This document shows, piece after piece, positions 1 to 12,663 of a stretch of 64,000 bases of DNA. A program made the translations under genes and the position numbers. Source of the DNA: Octopus sinensis (Eukaryota); assembly GCF_006345805.1 (NCBI RefSeq), contig NC_043010.1:62620001-62684000 (forward strand). The letters run 5' to 3'. The notes beneath the pieces were generated by a model. That model saw only the letters and a program-made list of their open reading frames with translations, did not search any database and was not told the origin of the DNA. Position 1 is the stretch's first letter, and every line of letters begins with the position of its first letter.

Positions 1-112
1 TGAATCACGACTATAAGATACTCGGTTTTGGTTAAACTGCACCCCAAAATGTGGGAGTAGTTAGGAATCTAAATCGTAGGAGACAGACACACAACTTCAC
101 TTTTATATATAA

Positions 113-115
<3 letters not shown>
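1..115 (-). mobile_element. Non-autonomous Helitron 5' end, truncated by the window edge
   Basis: Near-identical to 61132-61246. The minus strand begins A|TCTTTATATATAAAAG, a Helitron-type TC start. Confidence 0.65.
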
Positions 116-143
<28 letters not shown>

Positions 144-146
<3 letters not shown>

Positions 147-535
147 TTATAATTGTTTCACTAATTTGACTGTGGCCATGCTGGAGTACTGCCTTTAGTC
201 GAGCAAATCAATCCCAGAGCTTATTCTTTGTAAGCCTAGTCCTTATTCTATCGGTCTCTTTTGCCGAACCACTAAGTTATGGGGATGTAAACACACCAAC
301 ATCGGTTGTCAAGCGATGTTAGGGGGACAAACACACACACACAGACATGCCCACACACACACATATATATATACATGCAATGGGCTTCTTTCAGTTTCCA
401 TCTATCAAATCCACTCACAAGGCTTTGGTTGGCCTGAGGCTAAAGTAGAAGACACTTGCCCAAGGTGCCATGCAGTGGGACTGAACCCGGAACCATGTGG
501 TTGGTAAGCAAGCTACTTACCACACAGCCACTCCT
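144..535 (-). mobile_element. tRNA-derived SINE, family A
   Basis: A/B-box-like head, central GTGGATTTGGTAGACGGAAACTGAAAGAAG block, internal (CA/TA)n and a CCAGCATGGCCACAGTC tail. Confidence 0.85.
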
Positions 536-742
536 ATATATAGAAGAGGCTTCTTTCAGTTTCCAGCTACCAGACCCACTTACAAAGTTTTGGGTAGCAT
601 ACTTTATGGTTTATAATCACATAGGTATGTTTGTACCAATGTTACGTGTGTGTGTATGTGTGTGTATGTGTGTGTGTGTGTGTATGTGTGTATATATGTA
701 TGCATGTATAATGTATACCTATGTGTGCATATATATGTACAT

Positions 743-1057
743 AGGTGCAGGCTGGGCTGTGTGGTAAGAAGCTTGCTCCCAGCACATGGTTCCGGGTTCA
801 GTCCCACTGCGTGGCACCTTGGGCAAGTGTCTTCTCCTATAGCTTTGGGCCAACGAAAGCCTTGTGAGTGGATTTGGTAGACGGAAACTGAAAGAAGCCT
901 ATCATATACACACACACACGCATACACACACACATATGCACACGCACACACATACACACACACATACACACACATACACACACACACGCACATACACACA
1001 CACTCACACGCACGCACACATATACACACATACACACACACACGCACATACATACAC

Positions 1058-1090
<33 letters not shown>

Positions 1091-1310
1091 TATATATCTG
1101 TATGTGTGTCTTTGTGCCCCTCCACTGCTTGACGATCGGTGTTGGTGTGTTTACATCCCCTGTAACTTGGTGATTTGACAATAGGGACTGATAGAGTAAG
1201 TACCAGGCTTTAAGAAAAATAAATACTGGAGCCGACTCATTCAATTAGAATTTCTTTAAGGTGCTGCCCCAGCATGGCCACAGTCTAATGACTGAAGCAA
1301 GCAAAAGATA
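743..1310 (+). mobile_element. SINE family A with expanded internal (CA)n
   Basis: Head GGCTGTGTGGTAAG...CCGGGTTCAGTCCC, about 200 bp of internal microsatellite, then the tail. Confidence 0.85.
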
Positions 1311-1320
1311 AAAAACATAT

Positions 1321-1352
<32 letters not shown>

Positions 1353-1364
1353 CAACATAAAAAA

Positions 1365-1707
1365 AATCAAATGGAAATTGTAGTTGTGATACCTGTGCTG
1401 TTGGCATGTAAAATGCACCATCCGTATGTGGTCGATGCCAGCGCCGCCTTGACTGGCTTCCATGCCGGTGCCACATAAAAAGCACCAACCAATTGTGGCT
1501 GTTGCCAACCCTCTCTGGCACCTGTGCCGGTGGCACGTAAAAAGCACCCACTACACTCACAGAGTAGTTGGCATTAGGAAGGGCATCCAGCTGTAGAAAC
1601 GCTACCAGATCAGACTGGAGCCTGGTGCAGCCTCTTGGCTTCCCAGACCCCGGTCGAACCGTCCAACTTATGCCAGCATGGAAAACAGACGTTAAACGAT
1701 GATGATG

Positions 1708-1709
<2 letters not shown>
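1365..1709 (+). mobile_element. 5'-truncated RTE LINE 3' UTR (family B)
   Basis: Matches the 3' UTR of the RTE element at 29898-31321 and ends in a (GAT)n tail. Confidence 0.8.
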
Positions 1710-1777
<68 letters not shown>

Positions 1778-1800
1778 ATAGCTAGATAGATAGATAGATT

Positions 1801-1842
<42 letters not shown>

Positions 1843-2454
1843 CAGACAGATGGATAAGATTATATATATATATAAGATACACACACACACATATATAAAG
1901 ATAATTATATACATATTTACATGTAACAGGAATAACCACCAAGATGGATTCCTTATATGTTCTCAAGAAATATCAGCAAACATATTGAGAACATATTCCT
2001 GGTAAGACGATTTGGCAACTTCTAGCATATTAAGAATCCACCTAGGTGGTTATTCCTTTTATTCATATATGTAATATAATTCATAGTCTTTAGACACTTT
2101 CTAAGTATGCTAGGCCACTGGTTTAAATTGATATTAATTAATTAATATTAATTTTTACCTTCATTATTTAACTTTTATATGGGTATATATATATATATTA
2201 TATATATATATATATTATATATATATATATATATATGTATATATAAGTTCAGCAACAATTTAGATGCACCAGAATTTTGTAAATTTTGTAGTGCAAAACA
2301 ATTGTACCAAATTACCGGAGTCATTCTTGTTGCTTATTTTTGATTATATGTATATATATGTATGTGTATATAAAAGATATATATATATATATATAGATAT
2401 ATGTATGTATATATATAGATATATAAGATATATATAGATATATAGATATATAGA

Positions 2455-2684
2455 TATAAGATATATACATATATATGTCTATATCATCATCATCATCATC
2501 ATCATCGTTTAACGTCCGCTTTCCATGCTAGCATGGGTGGACGGTTCAACTGGGGTCTGGTGCAGCCTTCGGGCTTGCCAGACCCCAGTTGAACCGTCCA
2601 ACCCATGCTAGCATGGAAAGCGGACATTAAACGATGATGATGATGATGATTATGATATAGACATATATATGTATATATCTTATA
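2455..2684. repeat. Inverted duplication (palindrome) of an RTE 3' end plus flanking DNA
   Basis: Arms of about 106 bp with a 17-nt spacer (2561-2577). The 31-bp outer flanks are exact reverse complements. Confidence 0.9.
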
Positions 2685-2995
2685 TATGTATATGTATGTA
2701 TATGTATGTATATATATATATATATACATAAGATATATAGACATATATGTATATATCTTATGTGTGTGTGTGTGTATATAGATCTTACTTTGTAATATAT
2801 ATGTATGTATGTATATCTATGTACGTAGTGAAATTCCAAGCCTCTCAATCTTCGCAATAACTTTGACTCTCCTCGCAGTCACACCTTCCATTGCTATTCT
2901 TAAACTTGCCTTAAACTTGCCTTCAAGGAATATCATTTTAACACACACACACACGCACATACACACACACACACACACACACGTACACACACACA

Positions 2996-3048
<53 letters not shown>

Positions 3049-3289
3049 ACACATGTCCATGTATGTCAGGGGGTTATGACAGAATGCTACAAGGCATTAA
3101 GGCCCACACTTCCTCAGTTTTGCTGTGTACCAGATTGTTTTTTATCCTCATTTTTCTTTTCATACAGTTATTCTGTTTTTTTTAAACATCCGGATATTAA
3201 ATTACCATTAATCATAATTATTTAAAACATCAAAATTTCTGCTGTTGTTGTTATCATAAACAATATTATTAATATTATTATCACAAACA

Positions 3290-3622
3290 TAAATATTATT
3301 ATCATAAACATCATCACTGTCATCATTATCATCATCATCATCATTATTGTCTCTGTTATTATGTATGATAGGTTTTTGAGGCATTGCTTATCACTACCAC
3401 CACCACCACTACCACCATCATCATCATCACTATCTTCACTCAGATGTTCATCATCAAAATCATCATCATCACCACTACCACCACCATCATCATTACTATC
3501 ATCATCAAAATCTTTATAATTATCATCATCATCATCATCACCATCACCACCACCATCATTATCATCATCATCAGAGTTGTTGCCATCGTCGCCGTCATCA
3601 TGATCATCATCATCATCATCAC
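3290..3622. repeat. Degenerate (ATC/ACC)n microsatellite
   Basis: Direct reading. Confidence 0.9.
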
Positions 3623-4068
3623 CACTTGCCTTCAAGGAATATCATTTTAACACACACACATACACACACACTCACACATACACATACACACACACATACA
3701 AACATACACATACATACACACACATACACACATACATACACACACATACACATACCCACATACAAACATACACACACACATACACACACACATACACACA
3801 CACAACACACACACACACACACACGTCAAATCATCATAATAATGCTTTACATGATTGTTGTTATAAATTCCGTATACCAAGGTGGACTAGGGTCACAGAA
3901 CCTTCTTCCTTAATTATAAGACGCCACAAAACATATCGAAAGTGGTGAAGAACTTGGAATATGGATTGCTCTAAGCCCCTCCCTCTCCCATACGCACAAT
4001 AAGGGTGTTGGTGAGAGATGATGGACTGGAGGAGGGAATAAATACAAATTGGACAATCTGATCAGCTA

Positions 4069-4428
4069 ACATCTTCATCATCATCGTCTTCATCATCATC
4101 GTCATCTTCATCATCATCATCATCATCATCATCTTCATCATCATCTTCATCATCATCATCATCATCATCATCTTCTTCATCATCATCATCATCATCATCA
4201 TCATCTTCATCATCATCATCTTCATCATCATCATCATCTTCATCATCATCATCATCTTCATCATCATCATCATCATCATCATCTTCATCATCATCGTCAT
4301 CTTCATCATCATCATTGTCATCATCTTCATCATCATCGTCATCTTCATCATCATCAGCATCGTCATCTTCATCATCATCTTCATCATCATCATCGTCATC
4401 ATCATCTTCATCATCATCATCATCATCG

Positions 4429-4463
<35 letters not shown>

Positions 4464-5263
4464 GTCATCTTCATCATCATCATTGTCATCATCTTCATCA
4501 TCATCGTCATCTTCATCATCATCAGCATCGTCATCTTCATCATCATCTTCATCATCATCATCGTCATCATCATCATCGTCTTCATCATCATCGTCATCTT
4601 CATCATCATCATCATCATCTTCATCATCATCTTCATCATCATCATCATCATCATCATCTTCTTCATCATCATCTTCATCATCATCTTCATCATCATCATC
4701 ATCATCGTCATCTTCATCATCATCATCATCATCATCATCATCTTCATCATCATCATCGTCATCATCGTCATCATCATCGTCATCATCATCATCATCATCA
4801 TCGTCATCATCATCATCGTCATCATCATCATCGTCATCATCATTATCATCATCGTCATCATCATCCTCATCATCATCGTCATCATCATCATCATCGTCAT
4901 CATCATCATCATCGTCATCTTCATCATCTTCATCATCATCATCGTCATCATCATCATCATCATCGTCATCATCATCATCATCATCTTCATCATCATCTTC
5001 ATCGTCATCATCTTCATCATCATCGTCATCATCATCATCATCATCTTCATCATCATCATCTTCATCATCATCATCATCTTCATCATCATCGTCATCATCT
5101 TCATCATCATCATCTTCATCATCATCATCATCTTCATCATCATCATCATCCTCCTCTTCATCATCATCATCGTCATCATCATCATCGTCATCATCTTCAT
5201 CATCATCATCATCTTCATCATCATCTTCATCATCTTCATCGTCATCATCTTCATCATCATCAT
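4069..5263. repeat. 1.2-kb (TCA)n array with TCT/TCG variants and a 168-bp higher-order duplication
   Basis: Rare variants TTG (4315/4483) and GCA (4357/4525) recur 168 bp apart. Confidence 0.95.
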
Positions 5264-5423
5264 AATGGCATTTGGGCCAAAGAACTGATGCTTGGTGGAG
5301 AGTGGAGGGCTTGTGAGGACTGATGTACTAGCCAGCAATTAAGGTGGTCAGTGCAGTTTCTTAGGTGAAGAAATGGCCTTCATTCTGTTCTTCAGCTCCC
5401 GTTTGTAAAAGGGACAGCTTTAG

Positions 5424-5643
5424 CCCTTTGGTATTCAAATTTCTCTATTAAATGTAATACTTTTTCACTCAAATTGTTTTGAATTAATCAAGCATTATCT
5501 CATGGCTTTGAGGTTTCAATGATGTCATTGTTTATTTTTAGAATGTCAATGTAGGTTAGGTGTGAGGGGCTGGATATGGCCAATTTGAATATAAAACATT
5601 TAGAATATTTGGGCCGGATATGGCCGGTTTAAACACTAAAGGG
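5424..5643. mobile_element. piggyBac-type MITE
   Basis: CCCTTT...AAAGGG termini flanked by TTAG/TTAA. Confidence 0.7.
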
Positions 5644-5728
5644 TTAAGCAGATGGCCAGTGGTTCTGTTAATATTTATCTATCCATAGAATGTAGATATT
5701 GATTTTGGAATCCTTAGGCACTAAACTT

Positions 5729-6135
5729 GCATGGGTGTGGGGTAAGAGGTTTGTTTCTCAACCACATGGGTCCAGGTTCAGTCCCACTGCGTGGCACTCT
5801 GGGCAGGTGTTGTCTACTATATCATGGGGCTGACCAAAATCTTGTGAGTAGATTTAGTTGATGGAAACTGAAAGAAGCCCATCGTGTGTGTGGGTGTTTC
5901 TTTATGTCTGTGTTTGACCCAACACCTCACCCCCTCACCACTACCACCACTGCTGGACAACTGGTGATGGTTTGTTTGTGTCCCTATCACTCAGTGGCTC
6001 AGCAAAGAGGTCAACAGAATAAGTATCAGGCTTTAAAAATAAATATTGGGGTCGATTCGTTCAACCAAAGTTCTTCAAGGCGGTGCCCCAGCATGACCAC
6101 AGTCTAATGACCGAAACAAGTAAAAGAAATAAAAA
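5729..6135 (+). mobile_element. SINE family A, diverged
   Basis: Head, central block and tail are all recognisable. Confidence 0.8.
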
Positions 6136-6185
6136 AGAAATGTGTGTGTGTGTGTGTGTGTATGATCTCTGTTTATATGTACATG

Positions 6186-6329
6186 TGTAAGTAGCTTGCT
6201 TCCCAACCACATGGTTCCGGGTTCAGTCCCACTGTGTGGTACCTTGGGCAAGTGTCTTCTACTATAGCCTCAGGACAACCAAAGCCTTGTGAGTGGATTT
6301 GGTAGATGGAAACTGAAAGAAGCCCATCG

Positions 6330-6376
<47 letters not shown>

Positions 6377-6582
6377 ATGTGTGTGTTTATCCCCACCACC
6401 ACCGCTTGACGACCGATGTTGGTGTGTTTACGTTCCTGCAACATAGTGGTTCAGCAAAAGAGATCGTTAGAATGAGTACAAGGCTTACAAAGAATAAGTC
6501 CTGGGATCGATTTGTTCGACTAAAAGGCAATGCTCCAGCATGGCCGCAGTCAAAGGACTGAAACAAATAAAAGAATAAAAGA
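6186..6582 (+). mobile_element. SINE family A
   Basis: Central block, internal (TA)(TG)n and tail. Confidence 0.85.
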
Positions 6583-6649
6583 ACATGAGTGATTGCATGT
6601 TTGCCAACATGTGTGTAGGTTCACATGTAAGCATAATAAGCATGATGAA

Positions 6650-6662
6650 AGAGTGTGTGTGT

Positions 6663-6696
<34 letters not shown>

Positions 6697-6880
6697 CTGT
6701 GTGTGTGTCTGTGTGTGTGTGTGTGTCTGTGTGTGTGTCTGTGTGTGTGTTTTTGTGTGTATGTGTGTGTGTCTGTGTGTCTGTGTGTGTGTGTCTGTCT
6801 GTGTCTGTGTGTGTGTGTCTGTGTGTGTCTGTGTGTGTGTGTGTGTGTGTGTATGTCTGTGTGTGTCTGTGTGTGTGTAG
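6650..6880. repeat. (TG)n/(TCTG) microsatellite
   Basis: Direct reading. Confidence 0.95.
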
Positions 6881-7005
6881 ATTTTCTGTTCTGTAATGTA
6901 TTCTTCATTCAACAATTTGAAGCAAACAACATTCTAATCATACCAACAGCAGCTGATATTGGCATTCCCATCGTATACATTACACACACACACACTCACC
7001 TAGAT

Positions 7006-7166
7006 ATGCAGGTGTGGAGGTGTGGTTGAAGAACTTGCTCCCCGGCCTTGTAGTCTTCGCTTCCGCCCCACAGTGTGGCACCTTGGCCAAGTGTCTTCTG
7101 CCATAGTTTGGAGCCAACCAAAGCCTTGGGAATGGATTTGGTAGACAGGAACGGAAAAGAGACCAT

Positions 7167-7211
<45 letters not shown>

Positions 7212-7422
7212 CTGTGTTTATCCCCACCATCACCGTTTGATGACTGGTGGTGGTGTGTTTATACCCCTGTAACTTAACGGTTCAGCAAAAGAAACTGATA
7301 GAATAATTACTAGGCTTAAGAAATAAGTCCTCGGGTTGATTTGTTTGACTAAAGCACTTCAAGGCAGTGCTCCAGCATGGCTACAGTCAAATGAGTGAAA
7401 CAAGTCAAAGAATAAAAGAAAA
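7006..7422 (+). mobile_element. SINE family A, diverged
   Basis: Same modules as the other copies. Confidence 0.8.
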
Positions 7423-7556
7423 GAATATGTGTGTGCATGTGTGCATATATATGTGTGTGTATATATGTATATATGTCTATGTATATATATGTGTGTGTAT
7501 ATGTATGTATGTGTGTGTGTGCATATATGTATGTGTGTGTGTGTATATATATGTGT

Positions 7557-7639
<83 letters not shown>

Positions 7640-7917
7640 ATGCAGAACGAGTATCTCAAGTCATTTAGAATAATTTAATTAAGGTAAGGTAAATTCCCCT
7701 AACCCCAATTAAATTATTCTAAATGACTTCAGATACTTGTTCTGCCTGGTGTTGGTTTTCCCTCTAATATTAATATATACCTGTTATAACAGAATCCTAA
7801 TAGGGATCCCCAGATCCACCCTTAGCTGTGATCTTGGAACCTGATGGCCAACCAACTATAGCATTTACTCAGCATACCTATTCATTTGGATCATTAGGAA
7901 ATTAAACCCCTTATATT

Positions 7918-8200
7918 CTACTATAGCCCCAGGCTGACCAAATCATTGTGACTAGATTTGGTAGACGGAAACTGAAAGAAGCTCATTGTGTATATACATA
8001 TATATATATATATATTTATGCGTGTATGTCTGTGTGTTAGTGTGTTTACTTCCCTGTAACTTAGTGGTTCCACCAAAGAGACTGATAGAATAAATACTAG
8101 GCTAACAAAGAATAAGTCCTGGTGTCGATTTGTTTGACTAAAGGCAGTGCTCCAGCATGGCCACAGTCAAAAATGACTGGGACAAGTAAAAGAATGAAAG
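7918..8200 (+). mobile_element. SINE family A, 5'-truncated
   Basis: Starts in the central block and the tail is intact. Confidence 0.75.
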
Positions 8201-8254
8201 AATATGTATGTGCATGCTTGTGTGTGTGTGTGTGTATGTGTGTGTGTGTGTGTG

Positions 8255-8490
8255 TGTGTGCCCTTGCCTTTGTATCATGTGATGATTGTAAATGAGCATC
8301 ACCATCATACAAGTGGTGTTGTTCATTTCCAGCTTTCCATGGAAACATATCCAGTCACGGGGAAATATTACCTTCACCTGGAAACAAGTGCAGGTCAGCA
8401 TCTGGAAAGGCATCCAGCTGTAGAAAATCTGCCACAACAAATTCTGTCTGATCCATGCAAGTATGAATAAGTGGATGTTAAACGATAACA
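8255..8490 (+). mobile_element. SINE/LINE-tail family E with an RTE-like 3' end
   Basis: Similar to 36140-36310 (+) and 58255-58500 (-). Contains GGCATCCAGCTGTAGAAA shared with the RTE tail. Confidence 0.6.
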
Positions 8491-8648
8491 GAAGAAAGGC
8501 ATCTCTTCACCCTTTCCTGAGTGGTTTTTTCCATTTGCAGGTCATACATTATTGACCTAAAGTTATGAGTTATCCAGTGTCACAAATCCAAACCCAAACA
8601 CTCTTTCCACATTTAGCTTGTTTCTAATTCATATCTCGCAGTTACAAA

Positions 8649-8802
8649 CAATAGCGTAGCTAGAGTGTGTGCCACCCAGGGCAGCCCTTTTGTTTGCTGT
8701 CCCTAGACCCCACAAAAAGCACATATTGCTTACAGCAGACCCAAGAGTGGTGCCACTTCAAAAGTGCTACCCGGGGCAGACTGCCCTGACCTAGCTGCAC
8801 TG
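8649..8802. mobile_element. hAT-type MITE
   Basis: Degenerate CA(A)TAGCGTAGCTAG / CTAGCTGCACTG termini. A related copy lies at about 44250-44378. Confidence 0.55.
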
Positions 8803-9410
8803 GTTGTTACAGGGATACGTTTGCATGATTTAAGTTTGAGTTTCTTTCTGTGTAAACACAGTGAAGAAGTTTCTGTTTTTATATTCAAGATGTTTACAGG
8901 AAAACTTTATATCTAAAGCTGCTTTATTGTACATATAATATTGCAGCTACTATCACAGCCATTTAATGTTTCTTTCTCGTTCATCATCATCATCATCATC
9001 ACCACCACCACCACCACAATAATAACAACCTTCATCATCACCATCATAATCATCATCACAACTTCATCAACAGCACCACCATCACCACAATCATCGCCAC
9101 CCTCCTAAATAAACATCACTATTTTATATCCATTTTCCGTGCTGGCATGGGTTGGAGAGGTCATCATCACAAATGGCCTCTTTGTTATCAGGAGCTGCTG
9201 CTGCTTCTATTTCTCCTTTCAGTTCAGTCTCTGCAGCCGGATGTCCTTCCCATCACGGTTAGGGTTTTCCTGATTCTTTATTTCGTTATTTCATTGGACC
9301 CAGCAAATGAGGGATGGGCTGCAAAAAAGAAAAAGAAAACTTGTCTGAGAAAATGAGATTCTGTTGAAATTCTGAGTAATGATGTAAAAGTTATCAATCG
9401 AGTACATTTG

Positions 9411-9452
<42 letters not shown>

Positions 9453-9465
9453 CAGTGAAGGCGCA

Positions 9466-9790
9466 TGGCTCAGTGGTTAGAGCACTGAGCTAACGATAGT
9501 GAGGTTGTAAGTTCGAATCTGGGAACAGGCTGCATGTTGAGTTCTTGAGCAAGACACTTCATTTCATGTTGCTCCAGTTCACTCAGCTGTAGAAATGAGT
9601 TGTGATGTCACAGGTGCCAAGCTGTAAGGGCCCTTTGCCTTTCCCTTGGATAACATCAATGGTGTGGAGAGGGGAAGCATGGTATGCATGGGCGACTGCT
9701 GGTCTTCCATGAAACAACCTTGCCTGGACGTGTGCCTAGGAGATTAACTTTGTAGGTGCAATCCCATGGTCAGTCATGACCAAAGGGGGT
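9466..9790 (+). mobile_element. tRNA-derived SINE
   Basis: A box TGGCTCAGTGG, B box GTTCGAATC and a TTCTTGAGCAAGACACTT block shared with 15975-16275. Confidence 0.75.
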
Positions 9791-10166
9791 CTCAGCATAT
9801 GCCAGTGTCACATAAGTGGCACCTGTGCCAGTGGCATGCAAAAAGCATCTTTCTAGTGTTGGGCCTCACGGATGCAATGACAAATGGCTGAAACCCTTAG
9901 CAACATGTTGTGCTTGAGAAGGAAGACCCTTCAAGTCAAGTGAAATCTTAGTTGTGGCAGATACTGGTGTCACACAACTGGCACCTGTGCCAGTGGTACA
10001 TAAAAGCACCCATTACGCTCTTGGAATGGTTGGTGTCAGGAAAGGCACCCAGGTGTAGAAACCATGCCAAATCAGACTGGAGTCTAGTGCAACCCCTCAG
10101 CTTACCAGCCCTGGTCAAACCGTCCAACCCATGCCAGCATGGACAATAGACGTTAAATGATGATGA
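9790..10166 (+). mobile_element. RTE-related 3' UTR fragment
   Basis: Family-B hairpin units and (GAT)n tail. Confidence 0.7.
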
Positions 10167-10174
10167 TAATATAT

Positions 10175-10365
10175 CTTTTACTTATTTTAGTCATTTGCAT
10201 GTGGCCATGCTGGGGCATCACCTTGAAGAATTTTTAGTCAAATTAATCAACCTTAGTACCTATTTTTTTTAAAACCTGGTACTTATTCTATCAGTCGCTT
10301 TTGCTGAACTGCTAGATTTCGTAGATGTAAACACACCAACACCAGCTGTCAAGTGGTGGTGGGCA
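10175..10365 (-). mobile_element. SINE family A, 3' part
   Basis: Tail and post-microsatellite block. Confidence 0.7.
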
Positions 10366-10722
10366 AACACATGCACACACATACGCACACACACATACAT
10401 ACATACACACACATATATATATACATACATACATACATATACGTCTGTGTGTGTGCTGAGTTAAACTCAGCATATGGATGAGAGTGTGTTTGTACACAGA
10501 ACAGCTAGTGTGGGTACAGAAGTAACTATATGTGGGTACTAATGTAAATAATGTTTTACTTTGTTGTAGGTTTTTTAAAAAATTTTTCATTTTGTTTTTT
10601 CTCAATTAGTCCCTGTTTTTGTCTAAAGTCATAATGGAATCCGTCCCTCAACATTCCTACTTACTGTCATATTGTCACTAACAGCATGCTGTATTAAAAC
10701 CTAGCAAAACAGGGCTTATTAA

Positions 10723-11196
10723 CCCTTTTGTTACCATATTTCTGTTGAGATGCTCTGTTTTTCTTTCAATTAATTTTAAATATGACAAAGATTTTAGTAA
10801 AATAACTTAGTTATCATTAAGCTAGTGTTAGGAACATAAATTGTGACTAAGGTTTCGAGGAAGATTTTAATTCAAAACTTATGAAAACAAGACATTTGTA
10901 CTCAGAGCCAGAATCTGTTTCAGCCAGGTTGGTATCAAAAGGGTTAAGAATTGTTTCTCTATTATATATTTTAACCCTTTCGTTACCGTATTTCTGTTGA
11001 GATGCTCTGTGTTTCTTTCAATTAATTTAAAATATAACAAAGAATTTAGTAAAATAATTTAATTATCATTAAGCTAGTGTTAGGAACATAAATTGTGACT
11101 AAGGTTTGGTGGAAGATTTTTATTCAAAACTTAGGAAAACAAGACATTTTTTACTCAGAGCCAGAGTTGGTTTCAGCTGCGTTGGTAACAAAAGGG
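10723..11196 (+). mobile_element. Dimeric piggyBac MITE (two ~221-bp units with a 23-bp spacer)
   Basis: TTAA-CCCTTT...AAAGGG-TTAA twice (10723-10943 and 10975-11196). The same dimer occurs inverted at 41765-42239. Confidence 0.9.
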
Positions 11197-11399
11197 TTAA
11201 ACGGGGATACCCCTTATAACACATCACCTGACAAGGATTTCTGCACTGAGGGATGCACCACAACTAGTTGTGCAACATCCCGTCCACAAGGGATCAATGC
11301 AAGATGCGTCAAAACAATTGTTGTGAGCAATAAAGTTTCTAGTAGATTCCATTTTCCGTCTCTACCATTTGTTTTCTGTACGTGTTGCTGTTGTTGTTT

Positions 11400-11698
11400 G
11401 TTCCTTCTCGAGCCACGCCTGGCTTATAAGGGCCGGTTTCCTGGTTTCCTTGGTGTATAGGTTCCCCACCTGGACGGGACGCCAGTCTGTCGCAGGTGAG
11501 CTGCAAAATGCAGGAGGAAAGAGTGAGAGAAAGTTGTGGTGAAAGAGTCCGCAGAAGTTTCGCCATTACCTTCTGCCGGAGCCGCGTGGAGCTTAGGTGT
11601 TTCACTCATAAATATACACATCACCTGGTTTGAAATTTGAGCCTGCGATCCCTCAACCACAAGTCCACTTTTCTAACCACCAGGCCATGTGCCTCCAC
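11400..11698 (-). mobile_element. tRNA-derived SINE with a V-domain-like block
   Basis: Minus-strand tRNA-like head, with CCTGCGACAGACTGGCGTCCCGTCCAGG resembling the V-SINE domain (recognised from memory). A related copy lies at about 50925-51140. Confidence 0.6.
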
Positions 11699-11711
11699 TG
11701 TGTATGTATGT

Positions 11712-11742
<31 letters not shown>

Positions 11743-11916
11743 ATGATATGTTATTACAGGTAGTGATAATGTCTGAAATGGGAAGAACCAAGATTAAAGC
11801 AAGACATTAATTAGAAGACAAAGTAACTCTCCCAGGAAGGCTTCTGGTCCATTCCAGAAGAATTTGTCACACTTTCTGATCAATTTACCTTGAATAGTCC
11901 TAAAAAAGTTACTATT

Positions 11917-11956
<40 letters not shown>

Positions 11957-12149
11957 CTGCTGAAAGGTTCCTGGTTTTGGGTAAAAGAAAATACAGGAGG
12001 ATCCTTTAATGATTTTATTCAGCATGTTCCCCTCTCACATTCACACACTCATTGCTGTAATCCTTCAGTTTTCCTTGGCCCCTTAAAGCCAGGGACTTTT
12101 CAGCATTCCCTCATATATAACACTACACATGTCTCATCTGCTAACAAGA

Positions 12150-12515
12150 GTTACAGGCAGTACTGGCAACGACATCACTCGAATGGTGCCCTTTTACGTG
12201 CCACTGGCACGGAAGCCAGTTAGCCACTCTGTCAATGATCACGCTCATATGGTGCTCTTTGCACCCTGCTAGCACGGGCGCCAGTCATCGAATTTGATTT
12301 TGATTTTGCCTTTGATTGATTTCACTTGCCTCAACAGGTCTTCGCAAGCAGAGTTTTAGTGTCCAAAGAAAGAAAAGGTACGCATAAGTGGGCTGGTTAC
12401 GCCCCTGGCATAGGCCATGAGATTATGGTTTCATTTGGCTTGCTGGGTCTTCTCACGCACAGCATATTTCCAAAGGTCTCGGTCACTAGTCATTTCCTTG
12501 GTGAGGCCTAAAGTT
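12150..12515 (-). mobile_element. RTE LINE fragment (ORF end plus proximal 3' UTR)
   Basis: Collinear with 30100-30470. Confidence 0.85.
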
Positions 12516-12570
12516 CGAAGGTCGTTCTGACCATATATATATATATATATATATCATCATCATCATCATG

Positions 12571-12601
<31 letters not shown>

Positions 12602-12604
12602 GTA

Positions 12605-12663
<59 letters not shown>

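Noticed and set aside
9466-9535. tRNA gene candidates at SINE heads (also 14680 and 11630-11698)
   Set aside because: A/B boxes are present but no complete cloverleaf was found, and each continues into a repeat body.
11250-11281. 32-bp imperfect palindrome (core CACAACTAGTTGTG)
   Set aside because: Single short occurrence with no context, and plausible by chance in 64 kb.
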